Origin: Octopus vulgaris | Taxonomy: Eukaryota | Direction: 5' to 3' | Assembly: GCA_951406725.2 (NCBI GenBank) | Contig: OX597815.1 | Coordinates: forward strand, 4,650,001-4,714,000 | DNA: 64,000 nt | Position numbers and translations under genes: made by a program | The notes under the pieces: generated by a model | Told to the model about the DNA's origin: nothing | The model's input: only the letters and a program-made list of their open reading frames with translations | Databases searched by the model: none | Part shown: positions 49,880 to 61,945 of the stretch, piece by piece | Layout of the letters: every line of letters starts with the position of its first letter | Numbering within the stretch: position 1 is the first letter of the stretch

Positions 49880-51653
49880 GGTGCCTCCTCAACGGGAGAA
49901 CTGTACGCCTTGGCAATACGGAGATATATTATTTGTATGTTGTGCGGATGCGTGTATGCAATGGTGAAATATTCGGACAAGTGTGCGTGACTGTGTGTGG
50001 CTGTGTGTGGCTGGTTGGTGGCTTGTATCTTTAACCTGGTATGTGTGGGTATGTCTTGGTATTATATGTATTTATATATTTTGCTGGGGTGTTTTGTCTG
50101 TTGGTGTTGTATACGGGTGAGCGGGCTTAGAGAAGGACGTGTTTGTGTTCAGAATGCGTAAGCCATGAATGGATGAAAGAAAAACATCGGTGGAAGAGGT
50201 TAAGTGGTGATAATCCGAATGGCCATAATACGAAGTGGTGAAGACCAAGGAAATAAACAGGTTGTTTATGCTCGTCGGTGGCTTTTCTGTGTAGCAGCGA
50301 CGGCCTGGAGAGATGTTACTGGTGTTGGAAGCAATATAGAGTTTACTACACTACGTTTAGAGTAGAGGAGGAAGAAGGACAGCCAGGGAGAAGAGAGAGA
50401 GAGAGACCATGGAGGAATATGAAGTCTGTGACAGACGACAACAAGTACAATGGCTGGTCCGATGACGTCATCGGTCACGAGGACACAGCTTTTTGGGGCG
50501 AGATGAAAAGGAAATTAATAATAAAAAAAAATGTAGAAATATTCGTTTTTTATTGTGTATGAGTGAAGCTTTAAATAAAACAACAATAAAAAAAAAATAT
50601 ATGCTGCGCTTTTGCGTAATGAGTTTTATTTCTCCTCTTCGTGCCACCATACCTAAAATATATATATTTAAAAAAAAAAAAAATGTTTAGCCGCTTAGGT
50701 AATAGAAAAATACAACAGTCGGGCCGATAATCTTTAGTCTCATGACACTGGAGAATATATCAGATGATTTTATATTTCTATTCTCATCTAAAACGTTTTA
50801 TCAAAATATCAAATTCTTTTCTCACTAATGGCTCATTAACACGCACGCACACACACACATAAGTAGCTTTGGAGGAAGGCGGCAGCAACTGAAGTGAAAA
50901 TCAAGAATAATGGGGGGAGGATAAAAAAACTTGGTTTTCTCGAATGACTGAAACGAATCAAATAAACGCTTAAACTAGGTTATTATTATAGATTAGGTTT
51001 TATTTTTATAGATCATTCCTTTCGTTTCTCAACACTATTGGTTTATTAATTTATTAAGTCAGCATTGTTGAAAAGAAGACTTCTTCCATAGAAAATATAG
51101 TTCATTAAAAAAGTTATAATTTTAGCGATTATTTTGCTTAAAAGTTTTTGAAAGAGAAATTTATGAATGGAAACGTATGTCTATCTTGACAAGAAGTAAA
51201 TAAATATTTATTACACTCTGTAACGAGCAATAAAAAAATTTCGAAGATATGCAACAATTTCTTCGTCCTTTCATTTCATCATGTAAATAGCCACATCAGT
51301 TTTGTAGATTCCCCATCCTCGTCATTTTAATTGAAGCCGCTTTCGTTCAAGGTTACCATATATATATATATATATATATACATACATATGAATTATCATT
51401 TTTAATTTTGTAACGTTTATTAATTAATAATTCTTTAATTAATTTTTATATCTGTGTGCGTGAGCATTTTATGTAAATCAGAGTTGAAACCCATCTTCGG
51501 TTAAAAAGAGACAAGCAACACAACACAGCATTACTTTCGGATGACGGTCGCTTACGACGTCGACCAATCCCCCTCCTCCCTCCTCGCAACACTCACCGAC
51601 CGCATCCACCACCTCCTCCTCCCCCCATCTAATCAGTTGCCTGTTCTAGCAAT
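49880..51653. promoter_or_regulatory. Divergent promoter / 5' UTR region between RAB21 and TBC1D15
   Basis: The two start codons face outward 1775 bp apart. The region is SINE-free with CpG retained. It contains a CRE palindrome at 50459-50474, and GACGTC plus CCAAT at ~51556-51569 before a C-rich tract. Confidence 0.7.
50459..50474. promoter_or_regulatory. Palindromic CRE/ATF (bZIP) site
   Basis: CCGATGACGTCATCGG is a perfect 16-bp palindrome containing TGACGTCA, ~580 bp upstream of the RAB21 ATG. Confidence 0.6.
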
Positions 51654-51671
51654 ATGGCATCTTCGGATAAG
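51654..51671 (+). CDS. TBC1D15: TBC1 domain family member 15/17 (Rab7 GAP), coding exon 1
   Basis: ATG GCA TCT TCG GAT AAG|gtaagt = MASSDK, with a perfect phase-0 donor, in a CpG-rich promoter region. Splices in frame to 56563. Confidence 0.8.
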
Positions 51672-54514
51672 GTAAGTCTCTTGTTATCAGTGGTTTTTGT
51701 GGCGGGGGCTGTTCTTCCCGACGGGCAAACGTCTCCTTTTGTGCTCTTAACCGAATCTTTACCGTATTGGTGTGGTGATGAATGAATGCCTGTCGACCTC
51801 GTCAGAACACGTCAGCGTATCGCCAAGTAATTCATTTAATCAAAACAATTATTACTAATCAATAAAGCACCTTGCCACTTTGCATTAAGACAACAGTGCA
51901 CGTCCTGCGTGCAGCCAAGTCCCGCTTGCTTTTTTGCCACGCAACACACGTGTTGATTTATTTACTTTCAAGGAGTCCTTCCTCCCCCTGAAAACAATTA
52001 ACAACAACACATATATTGTTAATTGTTAAACTAAAAATCTGGTTCGATTCATCTTTCAAAAGTTTGCTGGAAAATCGAAGGGTTTTCAATGTATTAATTA
52101 AGTCCTCATTAAGGCTGGATTTTCCATTTATATTCCTGGTATGTATGTGAAATTATTACTATATTGATCTCTAGATTAATGTTGTATTTGTACAGGGATA
52201 TATTTAAAACACTGTCACACAATTACATTTTTTAATTATATATTTTTTATTACTCAACAAAAATGAAATAACGGAAAACTGTCAAGTGTTTGGTTAAACT
52301 AAAGTGTTTTACGAGGTGAAAAGAGAATCAGGCATCGATTACTCATATTTTAATTGAATATTTTCTTAATTTGTGTATTATTTGTAATAGAATAACGATT
52401 ATTTTATCTCTCCAACGCAAGGCCTCTACGATAGCCTAATTATCCATAGAGTAGATGTGATTCATAACCTGGAGTATAAGCTTTTGTAAGAGGTTTATAT
52501 ACGATATATATGTCTTTAATACAGGTCTTAACAAGAATTTAACTTCGTTTAGTATTAGAAATCCATCTTAAACCTTTCAACCTAAAATATATGCTTGTTC
52601 ATTTAATAAATATTAGATAACCTAGTTTTCTGAAGTCCTTTTGAACAAATACTTTTTTTTTTTTTCTGAGATATAATGAATGATTCAAAGTAGAAGCTGG
52701 GAGAAATCTTCCTGTAGCAGGTGTGTGTGAATTATTCGTTATTATTCATGAAGTTGGCGATTTCAAATAGCGACAACGAACTTCTTTAATTAAGCATTTT
52801 AACAAAAATGACAAGATTTTTCTCGTTCCACCTAACTTCGTAGTTAGGCAGTCTTGTGTATTTCATATACAATAAACCCTTTGTTTTAAATGTATGTTTG
52901 CTGTAGCCTAATATATTCTCTCTCGATTCAATAAACCGTTGGCTTTTCTACGGTAATAATTGTTCTGCCTTTGTTTTACTCTTTATTACCTGGAAACGTT
53001 GGATAAGCGATTGCTGGCCATAGTAATTACAGGAACTCTATTATTATTTCAAACGTACAACTAATCTACTAGTCTGGTTAATTATTCCTATAATTGTCTA
53101 CCACTGACCATAACCTCTTTCTTCTACGCGGTTGCTGGACCTGTCTGTTAGAAATAGTGGCCATATCTCCCAAAAGTTACTCTTCTCAAAGGACAAAGTG
53201 GTCCTTAATGTTCACTATTTACAAAAAGGGCTGACTGGGGTTGAACCTTTATTCTCTTTGGGACTGTTTACTTTTATTTTTCATTCTGACATTCGCTTCC
53301 TTAACAAGACAGGAAGTAGATGCTTCACTACTTTTGGAGTCATCTTCGAAACATTGACATTTACTACGACATAAGAAAACAAATTCTTCAACACAACACT
53401 TCGAAAATGTAAAAGTTAAATCATGGGAAATATTTTCGTGTCCTTTTTTTCTTTTTCATTTCTGTTAAATAAAAGGAAATTTGCTATTATCTTTCAATTT
53501 GTTCTTTCCTTTCACCTGAGATGAATCTATCAGAGGCTATCGATGGTCGTCAACCCGAACAACCGCAAGAAACGAACCTGGTGGGTAACAGTTCTGAGAT
53601 TGAAGAAATAGGAAAAGTGGTTTGGGGCGGGACCCTGTAGGTCGGGCAATGAGGGCCTCGAGTGATATTTTGTCCTGTTGTATTGTGATACAAAAGACAC
53701 TGTACCAGTAACCGTTTTGGTAGTTTATTTCTAATCTGAATGAATTAGTTACACAAAATTAAGGTCTCTACACCGAGTATTAAATGTTTAGAATTCTGGT
53801 GCTGGTTCCGATTTAATTCTAAGAAACTTTTGCAACTCTTAGCAAAGGGATCAGTTTGAATATTTAACACGCAGATACTGATTAAATATAGAAATATTGT
53901 AATAATGTATTTGTACATGATATATCTAAAACATTTTCAGCCTTTAATAAACGGCTATATTCTTGGGAAATTTTTATTATCTAGCAAAAAATTGCGTAAC
54001 AACTGTTAAAATTATCGATTACTCATCATTTTCATATTCGTTTCATATTCATTTTCATACCCGGATGTTTGTGTTTTTTTTGTAATATAATGGTTTTTCC
54101 GTTTGCTGTCTCTGACACGAGGCCACTACCTGATTCATCACCTGTATACCTATATATGATTAAACAAGCCCTAGCGTTGTGTAGGTACCTCTGCCACTAC
54201 GAAGACATTTCTTTGAATGGCGAATTGGAATATAATATTCTTGTCTGTCTGTTCTCGAAATTAAAGCCAAATTTTTGAGTAATGATTCCTAAATATGGTT
54301 AGTCTTATTTCTTAGACGTGTGTGTGTGTGTATTTGTGTCATACAGTATGTAAGCCATAACAGTCGTTGGTGACTACTAAACCATCACTCCAGCCGATTA
54401 ACCTTGTAAAGAAAGTTATTGAGATCTCTGAAGGATTCAAATAACACCTGTCAAAGACAGGTGTTATTTTCTGACCGTGGGATTAATGATTATTTTTATG
54501 TTTTTTTATGCGCT

Positions 54515-54781
54515 CTTTTTAAGCCTAGCCAGGCTCATGGGCCCGGTTTCTGTGGAGTATGTGTTTCCCCCCAGCTGGACGGGACGCCAGTCCATCGCAG
54601 CGTTACTCAAGAAACAGGAAGAAAGTTGTGGCGAAAGAGTACAACAGGGGTCGCCACCACACCCTGCCGGAGCCTCGGAGAGCTTTTGGGTGTTTTCGGT
54701 CAATAAATACACACAACGCCCGGTGTGGGAATCGAAACCGCGAGTCCGCTTCCCTAACCACTGGGCCATTGCGCCTCCACT
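54515..54781 (-). mobile_element. tRNA-derived SINE with family D head and V-domain-like tail
   Basis: Head aligns with 8483-8660; tail CTGCGATGGACTGGCGTCCCGTCCAG resembles the V-SINE domain. Confidence 0.65.
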
Positions 54782-54978
54782 GGATTAGTGATTAGTTAGC
54801 ATTATTAGTTTTCGCCCTGGTGGCAAATTCAAGAAATCATTATTAGTATGCGGACTTGAAAATTCCTTATTGCTGTAGGAGTAAGGCACAAAGTACACCA
54901 TTTTCCTGTTGTTAGTTTCTCCAAAAAAATGTGGCTGGTTCTACACTTCCTTGCTATAATTAAGTCTTCTGAGTAAAT

Positions 54979-55293
54979 CAGGGGTTCCCAACCGGGGTCT
55001 ACATGGACCGACAGGGATCCACAGAAGCTTTAAGGGGGTCCACGAATAAAAAATTGTAATTTGTGGGTCCATATATAAATTTTGTTTCCTAGGAGAGGCA
55101 CCTGTATTTATTGAAATTTTCAAGATTTGTATTTGGGATTTATGTTATGAATATAACGAAATTGTTTCATTGTTACTTTTTACTAATCTACAAACAAACA
55201 TTTTATTTCAAAAATTTACATGTGCATATATGGGGTCCACAGATAAGATAGCTCTCATGGGACCCACAGGCAAGATAAGGTTGGGAACCCCTG
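54979..55293. mobile_element. hAT-type MITE
   Basis: 15-bp TIR CAGGGGTTCCCAACC/GGTTGGGAACCCCTG; 8-bp TSD GAGTAAAT/GTGTAAAT. Confidence 0.85.
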
Positions 55294-56562
55294 GTGTAAA
55301 TGGTCAGTATAGTTCTATGAGAAGTAAAATATTTTCTACCGAAGTTGCCTCCCTCTCGACTGTGGCCCCGCACATTTGAAGGGGATCTTAGTCTTGCAAA
55401 CTGTATGGTGACCCCCACTTGTGCTGTTACCATGTAAAAAGCGCCCAGCACATGTCATAAAGTGGTTGGCTTTAAGGACATCCAGTCATAGAAACTGCCA
55501 CAGCAGACAGTGAAATATGATGCAGTCTTTACACCTGCAAGATCCAGTCAAACCATCCAACGTAGGCCAGTGTGGAAGATAGCCTTTAAAAAATAATGTA
55601 TTTATATATATATGCCAGGGGCGTAACCAGCCCACTTATGCATACCATTTCCTTCTTTGGACACTAAACTCTGTTTGCAAAGACCTGTTGAGGCAAGTGA
55701 AATCAAAATCAAATTCGAGGACTGGCATCCATGCTAGCAGGGTGCAAAGAGCACCATATGTGTGTGATCGTTGACAGAGCGGCTAACCGGCTTCCATGCC
55801 AGTAGCACATGAAAGGCACCATTCGAGTGTGATCGTTACCAGCGTCACCTTACTAGTACTTGTGCCCATGCTAGTAGGGTGCTAAGAGTACCATCCGAGC
55901 ATGATCGTTGCCAGAGCAGCTATCTGGCTTCTGTGCCGGGGGCACGTAAAAGCACCATTCGAGCGTGATTGTTACCAGTGTTGCCTTACTGGCACCTGTG
56001 CTGGTTGCATGTGTAAAAAGATTTGAGCGAGGTTGTTGCCAGTACCACCTGACTGGACCCTGTGCTGGTGGCATGTAAAAAGCACCCACTACACTCTTGG
56101 AGTGGTTAGCATTAGGAAGGGCATCCATCTGTAGAAACTCTGCCAGATCAGATTGGAGCCTGGCACAGCCATCTGGTTCGCCAGCCCTCAGTCAAAATCG
56201 TCCAACTCATGCTAGCATGGAAAGCGGACGTTAAACGATGATGATGATGATGATGTGTGTGTACTAACATATGAAAATGATGGGAAAAGACCAGCCGTTG
56301 GGTGAGATGCTGTGCTTGTGGAGACCTGTTGAACCGAGTGAATATTGTCGCCTGACTCTCACCTGTGCCAGTGGCACGTAAAAAGCACCATTCAAGTGTT
56401 TGGCCTCATGAAGACAGTGACTGGTGACCAAGACCTTTGGCACTATCCCATGCTTATATTGACCTGTCAAACCATCCCACCTAGGCCAGCATGGAAGGTG
56501 GACGTTAAACGATGATGGTGATATTGATTTCGTTTAAAATCTCTTCTGTTTTTCATTTGTAG

Positions 56563-56661
56563 ATTTTATGTGAGCTACACAATGTTTATATCCACATCAC
56601 TCTGTTGGAATCTAATGAAAATGATGCACACATCCCAGGAAAGTTTTACTTTGTTCAAAAG
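56563..56661 (+). CDS. TBC1D15: TBC1D15/17 coding exon 2 (99 bp)
   Basis: ctcttctgtttttcatttgtag|...|gtaaga. Encodes ILCELHNVYIHITLLESNENDAHIPGKFYFVQK (33 aa), colinear with recalled human TBC1D15 IIYEQEGVYIHSSCGKTNDQDGLISGILRVLEK (VYIH, N..D..I.G, terminal K). Confidence 0.85.
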
Positions 56662-57207
56662 GTAAGAGTATCTGCTTCATTTTCTGCAACTGCAATAGTT
56701 TGTGCATGTGGCAGATGACCAATCTGATGGTGGTCAAATGCTGTCCCCTGTCGTTAGAATATAGGAACCTTTTCTGTTGCTGTTGCAACAGTTTTCTATT
56801 TTTTCCAATTCTGTTCCAGTCATTTCCAAATTTAATTTACCAAAAATCAAAATCGATCAACATGAATGAAAATTGTCGCTGTGATATCAGGGCTGGTGGC
56901 ACATAAGAGAACCATCCGAACGTGGCCGTTGCCAGTGCCACCCTGACTGGCTTCCGTGCCGGTGGCATGTAAAAAGCACCATCTGACCGTGGCCGTTTGC
57001 CAGACTTGTCTGGCACCTGTGCAGGTGGCACGTAAAAAGCACCCACTACACTCATGGAGTGGTTGGCATTAGGAAGGGCATCCAGCCGTAGAAACATTGC
57101 CAGATCAGACTGGGCCTGGTGCAGCCTTCTGGCTTCCCAGACCCCAGTTGCACCGTCCAACCCATGCCAGCATGGAAAGCGGATGCTAAACGATGATGAT
57201 GAATTTA

Positions 57208-57826
57208 TTGGGTTGGCAACTAAATTCCATACTCTACTCTTTTACTTGGCCACAGTCATTTGACCGCCTTTCGTCGAACAAATTGATCCCAGAACTTATT
57301 CTTTGTAAGCCTAGTACTTATTCTATCGGTCTCTTTTGCCAAACCATTAAGTTACGAGGACGTAAACACACCAGCATCGGTTGTCAAGCGATGTTGGGGG
57401 GACAAACACAGATACACAAACATACACACATATACGACGGGCTTCTTTCAGTTTCTGTCTACCAAATACACTCACAAGGATTTGGTCGGCCCAAGGCTAT
57501 AGTAGAAAACACTTGCCAAGGTGCCACGCAGTGGGACTGAACCCAGAACCATGTGGTTGGTAAGCAAGCTACCTACCACACAGCCACTCCTGCTGCTTTT
57601 TTTTTTTTTAATTAAAATAATAACTAATTAATAATAATTTATTAACCCCAAAGTTCAACAAGATTTTCAATACCTCAGTAGAAATCATGCGATTTCAACT
57701 CGAAAAATTGATCCAACCAAGCTCTCAATTCTGCATCAGTATTGAACGAAACTCTGCGCCTAGAATTCTTGACAAAAATAAATTCCAAAATTTAAAAAAA
57801 CAGTGGGTACTTAGTTGCCAACCCAA
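57208..57826. mobile_element. Mariner-type MITE with TA TSD, interrupted by a SINE
   Basis: TA-TTGGGTTGGCAACTAA ... TTAGTTGCCAACCCAA-TA (perfect 16-bp TIR); SINE at 57230-57593 inside. Confidence 0.85.
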
Positions 57827-59793
57827 TAGTTTTTGTAAGCTAGTTATGAAAATTATTTATGCGATAATTTGAAAATAAAAAGTTAATAGCTTTTAAAATT
57901 TGCAAATTTTGGATGATTTTAGCCATCCCAAAAACCACAGACACATTGTTGTATTTTCTTTCATGAGGAGTCAAACTCTAACCCTAATATACCGTTTTCT
58001 TTTTGTAAATTTTTTGTAAAAAAATCTGACGTTTTTTTTTTTTCCTTTTTAAAATATTTACTTCGTTTTATACATTAAAATTTCTTACAACTTTTGTTGT
58101 AATGTTTTGCTTTCATTTTGTTTCGACTTTGTTGTTGTAATGTTTTTACCATTTTGTGATTGACAGTTATCACGCAGAAAATGCCACCTTTCAAATCCTG
58201 TTTTCTGATTGGGTAAAAATGATAAAACTTTAAACCTAAAATTTTCCCAAAATAAATGATTCACAAAATTGAATTGAATGTGAAAAATTACATCAATGGA
58301 CCAAATTTGAAAATTTTCGCTTAATTTGAAAATTTCAAAATGTGTGACATGCCATGCTTGAGGAGACCTATTGAGTCGAGTAAATCAAATCAAATCAAAC
58401 GGAAATTGTAGTTGTCGCTGGTGGCACGCAATAAACACCATTCATGTGTGGGTTGCTGCCAGAGTTGCTTGACTGGCTCCCTGTGCCGGTGGCACATAAA
58501 AAGCACCATCCAAATGTGGCCGATGCCAGTGCCACCTGACTGGCTCCTGTGCCGGTGGTACGTAAAAAGCACCCACTACACTCTCAGAGTGGTTGTCATT
58601 AGGAAGGGCATCCAGCTGTAGAAACCTTGCCAGATCAGATTGGAGCCTGGTGCGGCCTCTTGGCTTTCCAGTCCTCAGTCAAACCGTCCAACCTATGGAA
58701 AACAGTAAATGATGATGTGATAGCAACAGAAAAGATCTGAATATAGCAATACAGAGAATTTTGTCAAAGATTTAGGCCAGACCCATGTGCGTATAGGGCA
58801 AACCCTAAATCTTTGACAGGATTTTTTTCTATTGAATTTGTTGAGACAAGTATTCTATGGTTGGATGCCATTCCTGTCGCCAACCTTCACATTTCCAAGC
58901 AAAGCAATATTCTCCAATAGCCAGGCGTGTTTTTTAAGGAAAACTGGAAATGCTTAGATTTTTGGTGATTTGATGTGCTTGAGTAAAATCATAGTTGTGA
59001 CCACTGCTAGTGATACGTAGAGGGCGCCTGTGCTGGTGGCTCGTGGTGGGCACCCATGCTGGCAACACATAAAAGACACCTGGTATTGGCTTACCTGTTA
59101 CAGTCAAACTGTTTAACCCATGCAAGCACAGGATATGGATGCTAAATAATGATGATGGCTTGGGGCTGTAGAAGACCTTTATTCCATGGTGCTGCAGTAT
59201 AGGATTGAACCTAGGACCACAGGATCAAGAGCAGGCTTTTTTAACCGTGCAGCCGTACCTATCATCAACATATGATATCTGTTTTTCATGCTGGCATGGA
59301 TTGGACAGTTTGACAGGAGCTGGTACGGCTGGGGGCCACACTAGGCTCCATTTTCTTTCATCATCATCATCGTTTAACATCTGTTTTCCATGCTGGCATG
59401 GGTTGGATGGTTTGACTGGGAACTGAGAAGCCAGGAGGCAGCACCAGTCTCCAATCTGATCTGGGAGTGTTTCTACAGCTGGATGTCCTTCCTAACGCCA
59501 ACCACTCTGAGAGTGTAGTGGATGCTTTTTACATGCCGCCGGCACGGGAGCCAGTCAGGTGGCACTGCATGGCACCTCGGCAAGTGTCGTCTTCTTTAGC
59601 CTCTAGCCAACCAAAGCCTGGTGAGTAGATCTGGTAGACGGAAACTGAAGGAAGCCGGTTGTATATATCTGTATGTATGTGTGTGTGTGTCCACTTGACA
59701 ACTGGTGTTGGTATGTCCGTCCCTGATAACATAACGATTCAGCAAAAGAAACTGGTAGAATAAGTGCCAGGCTCTAAAAAAAAAAAAAAAAAA

Positions 59794-60210
59794 AGGCGCA
59801 GGAGTGGCTGTGTGGTAAGTAGCTTGCTAACCAACCACATGGTTCCGGGTTCAGTCCCACTGCCTGGCACCTTGGGCAAGTGTCTTCTACTATAGCCCCA
59901 GGCCGACCAATGCCTTGTGAATGGATTTGGTAGATGGAAACTGAAAGAAGCCTGTTGTATATATGTATATATATATAAGTGTGTGTGTATATGTTTGTGT
60001 GTTTGTGTTGGTCCCCCTAGCATTGCTTGACAACTGATGCTGGTGTGTTTAAGTCCCCGTCACTTAGCGGTTCGGCAAAAGAGACCAATAGAATAAGTAC
60101 TGGACTTACAAAGAATAAGTACCGGGGTCGATTTGCTCAATTAAAGGCGGTGCTCCAGCATGGCCGCAGTCAAATGACTGAAACAAGTAAAAGAGTAAAG
60201 AGTAAAAGAG
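59794..60210 (+). mobile_element. SINE family A, full length
   Basis: Family consensus, inserted at a poly(A) tract of an older copy. Confidence 0.85.
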
Positions 60211-60493
60211 AGGGTGGTGTGTGTGTGTGATTCTTTCTACTAAATTCTTCGTCGGTGCCCCAGCATGGCCACAGTCTAATGACTGCAACAAGTAAAAGAT
60301 AAAACAATTGCTGGATAAACTTCAAAAACTTTCCCAAGCATCATTATTTACTTTACTTCTCCTCTCACCTGTGATTTTTGTGCTCACCTGATTAATCTTG
60401 GCTCAGCTTTTCTTAATTGATTGCTTATTGGCAAGCCTGTTATCATAACCAAAGTTTTGAAGTTATTGTTTATAGAACCACCTTTATAGATTA

Positions 60494-60887
60494 CTAGCAG
60501 TATCGCCCGGCGTTGCTCGGGTTTGTTTCGACCCTTTAGAATTGGAATTTTTGAAAAGTAAAAAGTTTGCATTATGTAGCTTGTTATTCTCTTTAAGTGA
60601 ACATTTTTTTGGTTGAAATACACCGAAAAATGGCGACACAGCAGTCAAAACATCGTTAAAAAAAAGGGATTTTCATAGAAAAAAAAGCACCTTTTTCATG
60701 TAAATAATTTTTGGTGTTAACATGGTCCGATTTGAATTTTATCTTCTACGGAATGAAGAGCAAGCCTTCTTCTATCATACTCTCAATTTTGGTCAACTTG
60801 CACCACAGGGTCTCGGAGGAGATAGTGTTAGTTGAAGGCTACCAAACCTGCCACACACAGACAACTTCAGCTTTATATAGAGAGAGA
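60494..60887 (-). mobile_element. Non-autonomous Helitron
   Basis: CTAGCAGTATCGCCCGGCGTTGCTCGGG 3' terminus on the reverse strand. Confidence 0.8.
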
Positions 60888-61543
60888 GGTTGATAGAATG
60901 CATGAGTGCAGTGAGATTACAGGACTGCTAGACATATGATTTGAAACCCTACTGCTAACACTAGTGTGTCCTGAAATACCTAACTCTGACGGACTCAGTC
61001 TGCCTAATTAACAATGGGACCCTTCTCCAGCTGAGTCTGTTGCAGCAGGAAGGGATTTTAGCTGGAGAAACAATGATCATCCTCATCATCATTGATCCTG
61101 TGCTGGCACCATGTAAAAGGCCCCCATGTCAGCACCATGTAGAATAGCACCTGTGTCCATGCCACGTGAGACAACATCCACATCGGTGCCGCATGAGATA
61201 GCACCCATGATAGTGCCACGCAGGAAAACACCTGTGCTGGCATCACATAAAAGGGCCCCTATGCTGGTGTCACCTTCAAAGCAGTGGTGATTGTGTCACA
61301 TAAAATACATCGGTGCTGTTGCCATGTAAAAAGGTACCCTGTACACTCTGTATAGATGTTGGCATTTAAGACATGCACCCACAGAAACCTGCCAAAGCAG
61401 ACAGTTGGAACCTGGTGTGGGCCCTGGCCTAACTAGCTCCTGTCAAACCATCCAACCTATGCCAACAAGGAAAACCAACTTTAAATGATGATGATGATGA
61501 TAGCATGTTATCCAAATCAGAAATTGATTAAAACATTCACATT

Positions 61544-61715
61544 AGGCGCAGGAGTGGCTGTGTGGTAAGTAGCTTGCTAACCAACCACTTGGTTCCGGGT
61601 TCAGTCCCACTGCGTGGAATCTTGGGCAAGTGTCTTCTGCTATAGCCCCGGGCCGACCAATGCCTTGTGAGTGGATTTGGTAGACGGAAACTGAAAGAAG
61701 CCTGTCATATATATG

Positions 61716-61746
<31 letters not shown>

Positions 61747-61945
61747 TTTTCTGTGTTTGTCCCCCTAGCATTGCTTGACAACCAATTCTGGTGTGTTTAC
61801 GTCCCCCGTCACTTAGCGGTTTGGCAGAAGAGACCGATAGAATAAGTACTAGGCTTACAAAGAATAAGTCCCAGGGTCGATTTGCTCGACTAAAGGCGGT
61901 GCTCCAGCATGGCCGCAGTCAAATAACTGAAACAAGTAAGAGAGT
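61544..61945 (+). mobile_element. SINE family A, full length
   Basis: Family consensus. Confidence 0.85.
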
